This document shows, piece after piece, positions 50,001 through 62,284 of a DNA stretch of 64,000 nucleotides; the stretch's first letter is position 1, and each line of letters opens with the position of its first letter. A program made the position numbers and the translations under genes. The notes under the pieces were generated by a model, which searched no databases, was not told the origin of the DNA, and worked only from the letters and a program-made list of their open reading frames with translations. Origin of the DNA: Felis catus (lineage: Eukaryota); assembly GCF_018350175.1 (NCBI RefSeq), contig NC_058368.1:46626001-46690000 (forward strand), written 5' to 3'.

Positions 50001-50882
50001 TATGACTGCCTTTGCTGCGTCCCAGAGGTTTTGGGTTTTGGTGTTATCATTTTCATTGGCTTCCATATACTTTTTAATTTCCTCTTTAACTTCTCGGTTA
50101 GCCCATTCATTGTTTAGTAGGATATTCTTCAGTCTCCAACTATTTGTTACCTTTCCAAATTTTTTCTTGTGGTTGATTTTGAGTTTCATAGCGTTGTGGT
50201 CTGAAAATATGCACGGTATGATCTCGATCTTTTTGTACTTACTTCGGGCTGATTTGTGTCCCAGTATATAGTCTATTTTGAAGAACGTTCCATGTGCACT
50301 GGAGAAGAATGTATATTCTGCTGCTTTAGGATGAAATGTTCTGAATATATTTGTTAAGTCCATCTGGTCCAGTGTGTCATTCAAAGCCATTGTTTCCTTG
50401 TTGATTTTTTGATTAGATGATCTGTCCGTTGCTGTGAGTGGGGTGTTGAAGTCTACTACTATTATGGTATTACTATTGATGAGTTTCTTTATGTTTGTGA
50501 TTCATTGATTTATATATTTTGTGCTCTCACATTTGGCGCATAAATGTTTACAATTGTTAGGTCTTCTTGGTGGATAGACCCCTTGATTATGATATAATGC
50601 TCTTCTGCATCTCTTGATACAGTCTTTACTTTAAAGTCTAGATTGTCTGACATAAGTATGGCTACTCTGGCTTTCTTTTTTTGACCATTAGCATGATAGA
50701 TGGTTCTCCATCCCCTTATTTTTCAATCTGAAGGTGTCTTTAGGTCTAAAGTGGGTCTCTTGTAAACAGCATATAGATGGATCTTGTTTTCTTATCCATT
50801 CTGCTACTCTATGTCTTTTGATTGGAGCATTGAGTCCATTGACGTTTAGAGTGAGTAGTGAAAGATATGAATTCATTGCCAT
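47069..50882 (-). pseudogene. L1 ORF2 (endonuclease / reverse transcriptase), frameshifted
   Basis: Fragments in several frames: EN start LTLNVNGLNAPIKRHR...CCLQETHF, SDHNA, RT motifs [18 protein letters not shown] and LFADDMI, C-terminal [13 protein letters not shown]19 slippage at 49811-49829. Confidence 0.93.
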
Positions 50883-50968
50883 TATGATGCTTGTAGAGTT
50901 GGAGTTTCTGGTGATGTTCTCTGGTCCTTTCTAATCTTTTGTTGCTTTTGGTTATATATATGTTGCTT

Positions 50969-50972
<4 letters not shown>

Positions 50973-51014
<42 letters not shown>
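50973..51014. repeat. (AT)21 microsatellite in the L1 inter-ORF spacer
   Basis: Read directly; preceded by an 11-bp direct repeat TGTTGCTTTTG (50940-50950, 50961-50971). Confidence 0.9.
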
Positions 51015-51017
<3 letters not shown>

Positions 51018-51029
51018 TCTTTTCTCCCC

Positions 51030-51913
51030 TCAGAGAGTCCTCCTTAAAATTTCTTGCAGGGCTGATTTAGTGGCCACAAAGTCCTTTAATTTTTGTTTGT
51101 CTCAGAAACTTTTTATCTCTCCTTCTATTTTGAATGACAGCCTTGCTGGATAAAGAATTCTTGGCTGCATATTTTTCTGATTCAGCACACTGAATATATC
51201 CCGCCACTCCCTTCTGGCCTGCCAAGTTTCTGTGTATAGATCTGCTGCAAACCTGATCTGTCTTCCCTTGTAGGTTAGGGACTTTTTTTCCTTTGATGCT
51301 TTCGTGATTCTCTCCTTGCCTGAGTATTTTGTGAATTTGACTATGATATGCCTTGTTGATGGTTGGTTTTTGTTGAATCTAATAATGAGGGTCCTCTGTG
51401 CTTCCTGGATTTTGATATCTGTGTCTTTCCCCAGGTTAGGAAAGTTTTCTGCTATGATTTGTTCACATAACCCTTCTACCACTATTTCTCTGTCTTCCTC
51501 CTCTGGGACCCCTATGATTCTGATGTTGTTCCTTTTTAATGAATCACTGATGACTCTAATTCTTAAATCGTGCTCTTTTACCTTAATCTCCCTCTTTCAT
51601 TCTGCTTTGATATTCTCTATAGATTTGTCCTCTATATCGCTGATTCTCTGTTCTGCCTCATCCATCCTGCCGCCGCTGCATCCAATCATGATTGCAGCTC
51701 AGTTATAGCATTTTTCATTTCATTCTGGCTATTTTTTACTTCTTTTATCTCTGCAGAAAGGGATTCTATTCTATTTTCGACTCCAGGTAGTATTCTTATT
51801 ATCATGATTCTAAATTCTGGTTTAGACATCTTGCTTGTATCTGTGTTGGTTAAATCCCTGACTGTCGTTTCTTCGTGCTCTTTCTTTTGGGGTGAATTCC
51901 TTTGTTTTGTCAT
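51030..51913 (-). pseudogene. L1 ORF1 (RNA-binding protein), disrupted
   Basis: MTKQRNSPQKKEHEE... start, IIAENFPNLGK and MQPRILYPARLSFKIEGEIKSF motifs are split across frames. TGA at 51030-51032. Confidence 0.9.
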
Positions 51914-54900
51914 TTTTAAGGGAGAAAAGGAATTAATGAGGTAGAAAAATTGAAATTAAAAATATTAAAATTAAAAAAATATTAAAATTAACAATTAAAC
52001 ACACACACACACACACACACAAATTGAATAGATGATGCTAGATCCTTGGTGTGTTTGGCCTGGGTGTTGAAGGTGGTTTGATAGATTAGAGTAAAAAAAA
52101 AGGGGGGAGGAGGGAAGAAAGAAAAAAAGGAAATCATTTGAGAATTAGAAAGAATGATTACCCTGAAATAGACTAAAATGAGGTGATGGGGGCAAAATAG
52201 AATTTGAAAAAAAAACAAAAGTAGAGAATATAGTAGAAAAAACTTAAAGAAAAATATTTTTAATAAAAATTAAAAATAAATATGAATTTTCTCATTTTCT
52301 GTATTTAAGAAAAAAGAAAAGAAACAAAAAAGAAAAAAATATAAAAAAAGAAAAAAAGGAAAAAATCGTTTGAAAATTGGAAAAGTGAATGCACTGTAGT
52401 AGACTAAAATACAATGATGGAAGTAGAATAGAATTTGAAAAACTTTACATAACAGCAAGAAATATCGTAATAAAAATTAAAGAAAGATATTTTCAATAAA
52501 AATGAAAATAAAAATAAATTTTTTCTCTTCCTGTATTCAAGAAAAAGAAAAGAAGTATAAAAGAGAAAAAGGAAAAAGAAAAAAAAAAGAAAGAAAATTT
52601 GAATAGATGAACCTGCTAACAAATTGAAGTAGGACTGAAATTGCTTCGTTTTCCCCTGGAAGTCAGTCTGTGTAGCTCTTTATAGTCCATAAATTAAGCT
52701 GGCGCTGAGGTTTGTGTTCTTGAAGAGCGAAGTTGGCCCAGTTGGGCGGGGCTCAGTGTAACAGCTCCGGTATCCACTAGATGGCGCTGCTAGCCTACTA
52801 GGGTGGATTGTTGTGGCGCTCGTAAGTGCGTCTGCGCATGCGCTGGAGCGGGGACCATGGCACCACCCAGCCACCCAGTCTGTTCTCTGGGATCAGCAAT
52901 CGCGCACCCGTCCTGTGTCTCTAGCTCTCGTCCACTCCGTGACCAGGCCACAGGCAGTACCTCTCTCCTGAGTTTTGTCTCAGATGCGGCTGTTTTTCCC
53001 GGCCCCTTACATCCAAAGGACTGTGGCTTTGACCCATTCCCCTCCGCCCCCCGCGGGAAGGTCTCACCGAGCAATGGCCGAATGAGCAATGGCCGATTAT
53101 TGGCTGCACCCAGAAACACCCGCTGGACCCTGATAATGCCGGTGCCCCAAGACTGCGGCCAGGTGCCAGCCCGCCCCAGAAAATGTTTGCGAGAAAGTGT
53201 AGCAGCAGCGTTTCAGGGATTATGGAAAATCACAACACACATCTGGCACCAGGCTTCACCCTTAATGACCTTGTTCCAGCACTAGCGAATGTGGCCATTC
53301 TTGGGGTCCACTGGGACCAGGTGGCTTCAACAATCTCTACCAAATGTCCTTCCGGCAGTGGAACCACTTTTCCCGGTGTGGCCCGAGAACCTCTCGGGCC
53401 CCACTCTGTTCCTGGGGATTCGCCCTTTCCACCAGAGCACCGCCAGGTATGGAGCTGTGGAGTTGCAGCCTTTGCGCCCCCTTTGTTTACAGTTTTAAGG
53501 AATTTAAACCGTCTCCTTTCTCCTTTCTCCCTTTATAGTTTAGTCCCTGCGGCTGTTTCCAATTTTCCACTTTCTCTCCAGCTGCTTTTGAGGAGGGGTG
53601 CTTTTCCCGTATTCTCCCCCTCCCCAGTCTCCGTCTTCTCTCTGCCCGCAAAAGTGGTTCCCTACCTTCCGCAGCTTCTCGCTCCCCAAATTCCTCTCTC
53701 TGTGCCTCGTACCTGCTGAATTCTGTGGTTCAGGTTGTGCAGATTGTTGTGTTGATCCTCCAATCAGTTTGCTAGTTGTGTAGGATGGTTCAGTGTTGGT
53801 CTGGCTGTATTTCATGGACGCGAGACACACAAAAAGCTTCCATGCTGTTCTGCCATCTTGGCTCCTCCCCTCTGGAGGTAAATATATGTGATATCTGAAG
53901 TTTTAACATTTGAGCCAAATGAATGAATTTTAAAACAGTCTAAAGGCCGGTTTCTTCAAATTGGAAAGGGAGTTCTAGCTTAAGTGACTTTTCCAAGGAA
54001 CATAACAATAATTCAGAATGAGAATCCAGGTTTTTGTCATGACTCCTGACTTCTATACTGTGCTCTTCCTACTTTAACTGTAAAAACAAGCACATAGGGA
54101 TATAATTACTAGCAGGAGGAGAATAAGAGTAGGAAATTATCCAGGATTTTTTCACCTCAACTGAACCAGAGTAACTTCCTTTGATTCACATGTTATTTTC
54201 CTTATACTGATTTATTAGAAGAAGTGTTCTTATGTTAGAAGCAAAGATTGAAATCACTGATTGAATGGATGTGATATTTCTTTGTAGATACAAACTCTGC
54301 TTTCTCAGGCATCTTATTTTCTTATCCCATGACCCCGGAAAATAGATGAGAGTCATTTTTTGTGTTCTGTATGTCATCTTTTTTTCCCAAATATTATCCC
54401 TGTTTTCCAAGATTTTTAATTAGGCAATCACAAGGTTGTATGTCCAAGCTTTCTATGTAATAAAGTAGTAGTCGAATATTCCACCCGAGATTATAATTAT
54501 GTCATACTTCCCAATGTAATTTTTTATAACTTAAAAATATGCCTGGATTTTATTCACAGAATGAGCCATAGTGTGGTAGGTCTGTATGCACTCCTTCTTG
54601 CCCCGCTTCCTTCTTCCCAGAATCGCCTTGGTGTAGTTACCCAGGTACTTTGGGGTACCGCATGGACTTTAGGGATACAAAGAATCTTGGCATCCTTCTT
54701 TGAAATGCTGAGGCAGAAGTACAAGCCTCACTTTCTGTGTGGGTGACAGTGGGGGAATGTGGTCCGAATTGCTTCTGGCAGACATTTGGCAATCCTGTTG
54801 CGAAGGTGACTTGAGATGAAGCAGATATCCCAGAGAGCAGCACCAAAAGAAAGAATCACTACTAAGTCCAGCAACTATGGAACTTATCCTATGTCTGGAC

Positions 54901-54952
54901 TTCCTAATCACTGGGGCTCATAAACCTACCATGTTGTTTGTGCTTTCTTGAT

Positions 54953-54976
54953 ACACACACACACACACACACACAC
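54953..54976. repeat. (AC)12 microsatellite
   Basis: Read directly. Confidence 0.9.
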
Positions 54977-55178
54977 CAACTCACAGTAACATTAAAGAAA
55001 AAAACAGAATGGAATGAAAGCAAACCAGCCAAGGGCATAAATCATGAGAAAAATTTGATCATGACTAAAAGTAAGAATTAGAGCAAGGACAGCCAGGCTT
55101 TGCAAAAGTTGGTCAAATGATAACAAATGCTTATGAAAATAGGCTTTATGATTTTTTTGTCAAAAATTGATAATGATT

Positions 55179-55391
55179 GGGGTGCCTGGGTGGCTCAGTT
55201 GATTAAGCGGCCGACTTCGGCTCAAGTCATGATCTCGCGGTCCGTGAGTTCGAGCCCTGCGTCAGGCTCTGTGCTGACAGCTCAGAGCCTGGAGCCTGTT
55301 TCAGATTCTGTGTCTCCCTCTCTCTGACCCTCCCCTGTTCATGCTCTGTCTCTCCCTGTCTAAAGAATAAATAAAATGTTAATTTTTTTTT
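55179..55391 (+). mobile_element. SINEC_Fc-type SINE with 14-bp TSD
   Basis: AATTGATAATGATT at 55165-55178 and 55392-55405. Confidence 0.95.
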
Positions 55392-55761
55392 AATTGATAA
55401 TGATTATAAGTAGCTTATTAACGTTTCAGAAGTATGCATTAAAGGAGCAACACAATAGCAGTTCCAAAGCTGTTCAGGCAAGTGTACCCATTTAGGAGTT
55501 CATGTTAGAAGCTTAGTGTCAGTCGTTAACATACGTTGGTCACATCACTGATACTAAATTTAGACGTCTGAGTTTTTCTTATTTACTGTAAGATGCATTC
55601 AGTTAGGGCACAATTCTTTTTTGACTCTATGTGGAAGGTGTCTGAGGCAATTTTGTGGAAGACAAGGAACTCAGATGGTAAATCTAACGTGTGCCCAGAT
55701 GTTATCCACATGGCCAGAAATATTAGGGCAGTGCTTTTACTTAAAAAAATAAATATTGACC

Positions 55762-56052
55762 TGAGAAAGGCAGTGGAAAGGACAAATACTGTATGAGTCC
55801 ACTTATATGAGGTACCTAGAGTAGACAAATTGATGGAGACAGAAAGAAGAGCAGAGTTTACCAGAGACTGAGGAGAAGGGACATCGGGGTCACTCTTTAA
55901 TGGGTGCAGAATTTCTGATTGGGAAGACCAAAAGGTTCTGAAAATGGGTAGTGGAAATTGTTGCACACATTATGAATGTATTTAATGATACCGGTGTGTA
56001 CACTGAAAAATGGTGAAATGGTGAAGTTTACGGTATGTATATTTTACCAAAA
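55762..56052 (+). mobile_element. Old L1MB-like 3' end fragment
   Basis: GGACAAATACTGTATGAGTCCACTTATATGAGGTACCTAGAGTAGACAAATT...GAGACAGAAAG...GGTATGTATATTTTACC. Confidence 0.8.
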
Positions 56053-56357
56053 CAGCCATTGACAGCACACAATTTGGTGTATAAATTCAATTATAAATGC
56101 TTCCACTTTCCCCTCCTTCCCCCCAAAGTGAGAGTCTGTGTGAGGTGGCCAGCTGAATGAACAGAAAGTGGGTGGGGGTTAAGAGGGGCCAAGAGAAGCA
56201 ATGTGTATATGGATCAGGACATGATTCTCTCTCATCCCCCTTCCCTCCTTTTTTTTCTCTTTGTTTTTAAAACTGACTTACTGTGTTACTTAATGTACAA
56301 CAATTAATGTCCCTGTCTAACTGACCTAATTTCAAAGCAAGTTCATTTTTTAAAAAA

Positions 56358-56585
56358 GGCACCTGGGTGGCTCAGTCAGTTAAGCGTCTGGCTCAGGTCA
56401 TGATCTCGTGGTCTGTGAGTTCGAACCCCACGTCCAGCTCTGTGCTGACAGCTCAGGGCCTGGAGCTTGCTTCAGATTCTGTGTCTCCCTCTCTCTGCCC
56501 CTGCCCCCCTCAGACTCTGTCTCTCTCTGTCTCTCTCTCTCTCTCTCTCAAAAATAAGTACACATTAGAAAAAAGATTTTTTAAA
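56358..56585 (+). mobile_element. SINEC_Fc-type SINE
   Basis: GGCACCTGGGTGGCTCAGTCAGTTAAGCG...CT tract and A-rich tail. Confidence 0.9.
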
Positions 56586-57861
56586 ATGCTAGACATCAAT
56601 ATCCAGATCTTAAAATGGAATGTGGTACTTTGGCAATGAATGACCAGCAATGAATCACCAAATAGGGGAAAATATTAGCTTCAACCTGGAGACAATCTAT
56701 TTACTCATTTAAAGTGTGAATTCAGGGTTAAAGCACTGCCGATAACTCTTCAGCCTAAGCTGGGAATACTTTTAAGATGGAGATCTTCCTGTTTCTTGGA
56801 GCTCCATATTCTACCCAACACAGTTGTGACTACTGGAATATGCCCCTTAACTTGGGTCAAAGCCTCAGCCCTCATTCCATCAATACATCATATCCCATTT
56901 TCATATGATAATAATACCTTACATTTATTGAATTCTTGCTGCATGCAGGTACCATGCTAAATGTTTTGAGTGTACCACCTCATTCTACCCTCATAAACAA
57001 CTGTGGGAAGCAAGTTGTGTTTTTACTCTTAAATGTTTTCATTTTTATAAAAAAAAATTGTTAGCTTTCATGTAAAACAAAACAAAAACAAAAACAAAAA
57101 AAGCATCTGAGTATATCTCTTCAAAGAGTTTCTGTGACCCAGCCATCTGCTTGCATTACAGCAAGCTAGATCTCCATCTCTGCTTCAGCTTCTCCAAAAC
57201 ATCCCGTGAAGTGTAATGCTTAAGGATGCAAGGGTGAAGAAAATTCATAATCTTGATCACTTTCCCGAAACATAATGTAATGAACCCCACTTGCAAAGTT
57301 CACAGCACAGTTTCTCCTGATGCAGTGGAAATTGAGCTCGCTTTATTTATTTTTAATTTAAATGGACTATTGAGATCTCCTATTGTATTTCCTTTATAAT
57401 AGGCACATGATCTGTGACCAGTGATCTCTGTTTTCTGCATCGAGACTAACTTCTTAACTTTCTTGCTAGCAATGACTATTTTTTACTAGTTCAAATATGT
57501 AGTTGATTGGGACTTAACGTTATTATTCTTGTTATTTCTAAAATGCCTAGTTTCTTCATGTGGTTTATAGTACATGGATGAGACACAGATTAAACAGCTT
57601 TCTATTTCCAATCAGACTCGGATTCACAAAACACAAAGGTAAAAGCATTCAGATTTGTAAGTAAGTATTTTTCTGCATATATTTCTTTTGCATTCCTCTG
57701 ATGTACGATTGCATAATATAGATTCATGAGAAAGGAACACGTACGATAAATGTAGGGTTTAAGAAACTCCAATGATTTCAAATTAGCATAACTTCACTCA
57801 ACTACTGAGAGCACACTATTTGAAATATTTTATCTTGGCACCAGTTTCTCTGTATTTCTTT

Positions 57862-57931
57862 TTTTTTAATTTTTAATCTGAAATTTATTGTCAAATTGGT
57901 TTCCATACAACACCCAGTGCTCATCCCAACA
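57862..57931 (-). mobile_element. 70-bp extreme 3' stub of a young cat-type L1 with perfect 15-bp TSD
   Basis: GAAATTTATTGTCAAATTGGTTTCCATACAACACCCAGTGCTCATCCCAACA is the cat L1 3' terminus (reverse). TSD TCTCTGTATTTCTTT at 57847-57861 and 57932-57946. Confidence 0.88.
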
Positions 57932-57968
57932 TCTCTGTATTTCTTTATTACTGGATCTCATTACTTGA

Positions 57969-57973
57969 TTTTT

Positions 57974-58023
<50 letters not shown>

Positions 58024-58153
58024 ATCTTATTTTTATTTTTTGGAGAGAGAGCACATGAGCCCGACACGGGGCTCCATCTCAGGGCCCTGGGATCACGACT
58101 CTGATCCAAATCAAGAGTTGGACGCTCAACCGACTGAGCCATCCAGGCTCCCC
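57969..58153 (-). mobile_element. Internally deleted carnivore SINE with (ATTT)n tail
   Basis: Reverse GGGAGCCTGGATGGCTCAGTCGGTTGAGCGTCC...; (TTTA)n tail at 57977-58020. Confidence 0.82.
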
Positions 58154-61100
58154 TCATCACTGGGGATGAACAAATATATCTGAACAAATATATCTAAACA
58201 ACTATAGAAGTAAGTTTCTGGCGCACTTTGATTAGTCTGTGCCACTTTATATCTACTGTCATTAAAGATCTTCCTTTGGAGTTCTTACTTCTAACTCCAT
58301 TCCGTAATCCATAACCTCCCATCGTACTGCTCTGTTAAATCTGCCTGGCTTTCTCTCTGTAATGTCAAGCAGTCTTGGTTAAAAGTTGGATACGGTGGGG
58401 AAAGCTTCCTGAGAATACAGGCCACTGAGCCCTTCAAACCTCTTTATTTAACACTGTCCCTCAAGCAACAAGGTTTGTTTCTTCTAGGAGTAGGTAGCTC
58501 AGAGAACACTTACTGTTCTAGTAGTGTGTGGCCCTGAGCAGTAAAGGTCTTCGTGACTTTTCAGGACAACAGACACTATTTAGTACTACCTTTTAGGTCT
58601 CAAATAAGACATCACCATTAGAATTTAAAAGCAAAAGCTAAATTTAAACGTCAAGGAATAGAAAGGCCGATAAAGATACCTGTCCTGCCCACCCACGTTT
58701 TATCATAACCAAATTAAAACAACCATTAAAGTTATTTATTTTAAGCCATTTGATATGCAATCCACAGTGCCCACCCAGACTAGAATTTGCAGGGTGGTAG
58801 AATATTACATATTTAATATCTCAGTAATCATAACTATTAAAATAATCATAATAACACTTTGCATTTACTGAGTACCTTTCATCCAAGAATCTCAAAGCCC
58901 TCTCTAAACATTAATTAGTTCTCCCAACATTTCTACCAGATAGATAAATATCACCATCCCTTTCCCCTGGTGAGGAAACCGATACCAGGTGGTTGTGAGC
59001 AGTCCCCAGGCTATTCCCTGAGGCTGTGACAGTTCTGGAGTGCTATCTCAGTGAACAAAATTCCCACCTAGTGCGAACTTCTTTCTTTACTTTACATTCA
59101 TTCTAAGTAGGCTAGGTTCCCAGAGAGCTGTTTTAAAATTGTCAATGAGCTGTAAAATAATTTTAAGAATATATGTAAATCCCCAATGAAACTAATAAAA
59201 ATAGGACCACAGGAATAGGCATGCATGTGAACATGCATTTCTGACATGCATTTCTAAATCTTTGTTCCCCAAATATCACAAGTAAGACTGAAGTCTATAA
59301 TCAATTTGTACCTGCCATGATTTTTCTCTTTCATAATTAAGCCATATCACTATTTTTACTTTCTACGCTTGTTCAATTTCCTTGTGGTGTTTCTCATAGA
59401 AAAGTTTAACTCTCCAGCTGATTCAATTTCTTTTAAGTTGAGCTGTTGTAGATAAAAATTGAAACCATCTGCATTTATTCCTTTATGCTTATGATACTGA
59501 AAACTTTAAATACAGTCAAATTTACATGGGAAAAAAGACCTTGGGCTTTTGAGATGAAGTTTTTGCTTTATTCTTTCTCTATTTGTCTTGGCATTCTAGT
59601 TACCGCTTAAATTTATACCCAATTTTTCACTTTTCTGTTTTATAGTTATATGGAACTTAGTAAATTTTTCACTTTAGTTGTGGATATTCATTGTGAATAA
59701 ATGCCCACTGCAAACATGCCTTGCTCACTATATTCAATTACACAACACAAAATTTTACACATACATTAATTAAAAGATAGAATTTTTAGGAGTCAGACAA
59801 TTATGTCCCAGACAGAAATTTATAGTACCAGAACAGTATAGACAGTGTCATAGATATTCAAATCCTATAAACCAATTCAGAACTAGTTATGTTAATGGTT
59901 TTCAAATGTTAATTATAGAGTCTGAGAGCTCTTAATGTTAAGTTAGAGTCCTTTAAATAGATAATATTAAGTTTGGTGCCAGACCATCTACTTATCCATG
60001 TCTAGAAATTTGGGAGAGTTGGAGGATAAAAGTGATGTGTATTTGTTGTTCTTTTAATCATTTATTGATATCCTAAAGCTATTCAAGTAAATTCACTTTT
60101 ATTTAAAGCATGTGAACTTTGTGTCATAAATTTTGATTACACTGTCCACCATCTTAATATTTGGGCTCTATTGAAATATGTCTCGTCTTTTATCTGCTTT
60201 TCTATAATTTCCTTACTTCCTTATTTATCTTCTACCAACCCTTTTGCTGTTGTGTTTCCTGAAGAACCATTTGCTTGAGAATATCCTCTACCACAGAATG
60301 TGGGTCCAAAATATTTTTATCCCTATGTAGTGTGTAGTGAAATTTATGTTGGTTTTTCTAAACCCCAGTGATGTTATCTAATTAGATTGCCTGTCATAAT
60401 CATTAACACAGCTCTTATGTTTAAGAAGTAACCTAGTTTTAGAAGTCCGAGCGGCCATTTTGTTCTAATTGAGCATTCTTTCCATTTATGTATGCAGAGC
60501 TGTGATTTTTTTGAAGTTTACTTTGATGCTTTTATTTTCTAGATTTCCTATTTTAAAACACTAAATAATTTCTCTATAGCCGTTATATATGCACCCCATT
60601 TTATATGACATAGAAACCTGAATCAACATGAATTCAAGTTTCTGATGGGTGGCAGTGTTGAAAAATAAGAAGCTGATAATGATTGTGGTAACTCTGACCC
60701 ATTCAAGGCACAAAGTGATGTTTGGATACATGTTGGTCTGAGCCTTCTAAAAGTGAAAATGTTCTTCAAACTACTGGTACACCTTTCATCTTCTAAGATT
60801 TGCTAAAAAGGATGGGCAATATTTCACATGCTTTTGATGGATTCAGAAACACCTTCTTCCAACACTTACCTTTAAATACAATTTCACATCTGACATCTTC
60901 AACTAACTAAACCCCTGAGTCACCAAGTGCAGAGTCAGTTCACCCCCTCTCTCACCCCACACCCCAGGTTAGTATCAGGGCCAGACTTGCAGACAGAAGG
61001 GCCCCAGGCAATCTTTTCAGCCTCCCACAAAATAATTATTGAGTAATCACTCAAAGCAAGGATTAAGTTGTTGCAGGTTAAGAGAAGCAAGAAGTGGGCT

Positions 61101-62284
61101 GAGAATAATTGGGTTTTGCTGATAGCTTACCTGAGATGCTAGTTTAAAATACTTCCTTTAGTGGAATATGGTATACTCCAGGAAGGAAAGTCTCAAGAGC
61201 TAAAACATTCATGTCTAAAAAGAAAATTATGGCATAGTTGAGTCTATATCACCTGATTTAAGGTGTGTGGATATTGGGAATAAAAACGTTTTTTTGTTTC
61301 CTGTTTTTTTGTTTTGTTTTGTTTTGTTTTTAAATCAAGAGCTAAATAAAAGTAAATATTTAAGAAAAAGTATTTAAGAGCTACATAGAAGTAAAAAAAT
61401 GAGAACTTTTGTCAAGGACAAAGCAATAGCTACTGCATTTTACTCATTTAAATAACAGAAACACCAGAGGAATAGAACTATATAAATATTTCTCAAACGA
61501 ATATAAGTATACTTAAGTATACTTAAGTTCAGATATTGTAGATATTTGAGAAGAGACTAAGAATTGCAAGAGGGAGAAATAGGTTTAGGCTCAGAAAAGG
61601 AGGGAACAGGTATGCAGAACTAAAGACAAGAAGAAATTAGAAACACCCCAAGAAAAAAAGGCCCCTTCTTCATTTCCTCTGATCCTGATTACCTGGTTCC
61701 CAGCATCTCCTTGATCTAGTTCCCCTCAGCCTGTTCTTACCTCTGTGTGGGTCGAAGAGCTATAGGCTGTGCTAGCTCACCCTTTCCCTAACAGGCTGGG
61801 CAACAATCATCCCTATCAGTCTCAGCCTGTCACCCTCTCTCCCTTTACCATCTCCTTTGAGAGACTCATTTCCCCCACTGTCTGCTTCTGTGGGTCTCTG
61901 ATAATGAAATTTGTCCTACTCTTTCATATCTGTATATATAATATGTGTGAAACAAAAATAAGGAAAGACCTCAAATCTCCTTTCTAAAAGATTTTAAGAA
62001 AACTCTTGACACAAATTTTCCATCGATTAAGTTATATTTGACACAGTTAATTATTTAAATTATTTTCAACACAGATCACTTTCATAGCATACAAAATAGT
62101 ACGTTAGATTTGTTTATTTGTTTACACATTTAGCACCTCTAAATGATCTCAAGTTCCTCCATGAAAAGGGTGCATATGACCAATACCTATGTTTTGAGAG
62201 CCTAGCATAAAACCTGGCACAAAGCAGGTACCATACATAAGTTTTAAACTAATGATTAAGTAGCAATTTTTACTCAGAGGTAAC

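Larger units (their letters stand above)
46804..53871 (-). mobile_element. Full-length felid LINE-1 (7.07 kb), retrotransposition-dead
   Basis: Perfect TSD CTGGAGGTAAATAT at 46790-46803 and 53872-53885. 5' end GGGGAGGAGCCAAGATGGC (YY1 site), followed in order by ~2-kb 5'UTR, ORF1, ORF2, 3'UTR and A-rich tail. Confidence 0.97.

Noticed and set aside
47310..51944. Plus-strand hydrophobic ORFs (99-139 aa) over the L1
   Set aside because: Antisense readings of A-rich L1 ORF1/ORF2, a well-known artefact.
46804..53871. Active (retrotransposition-competent) L1
   Set aside because: Both ORFs are broken into several frames by indels and stops.
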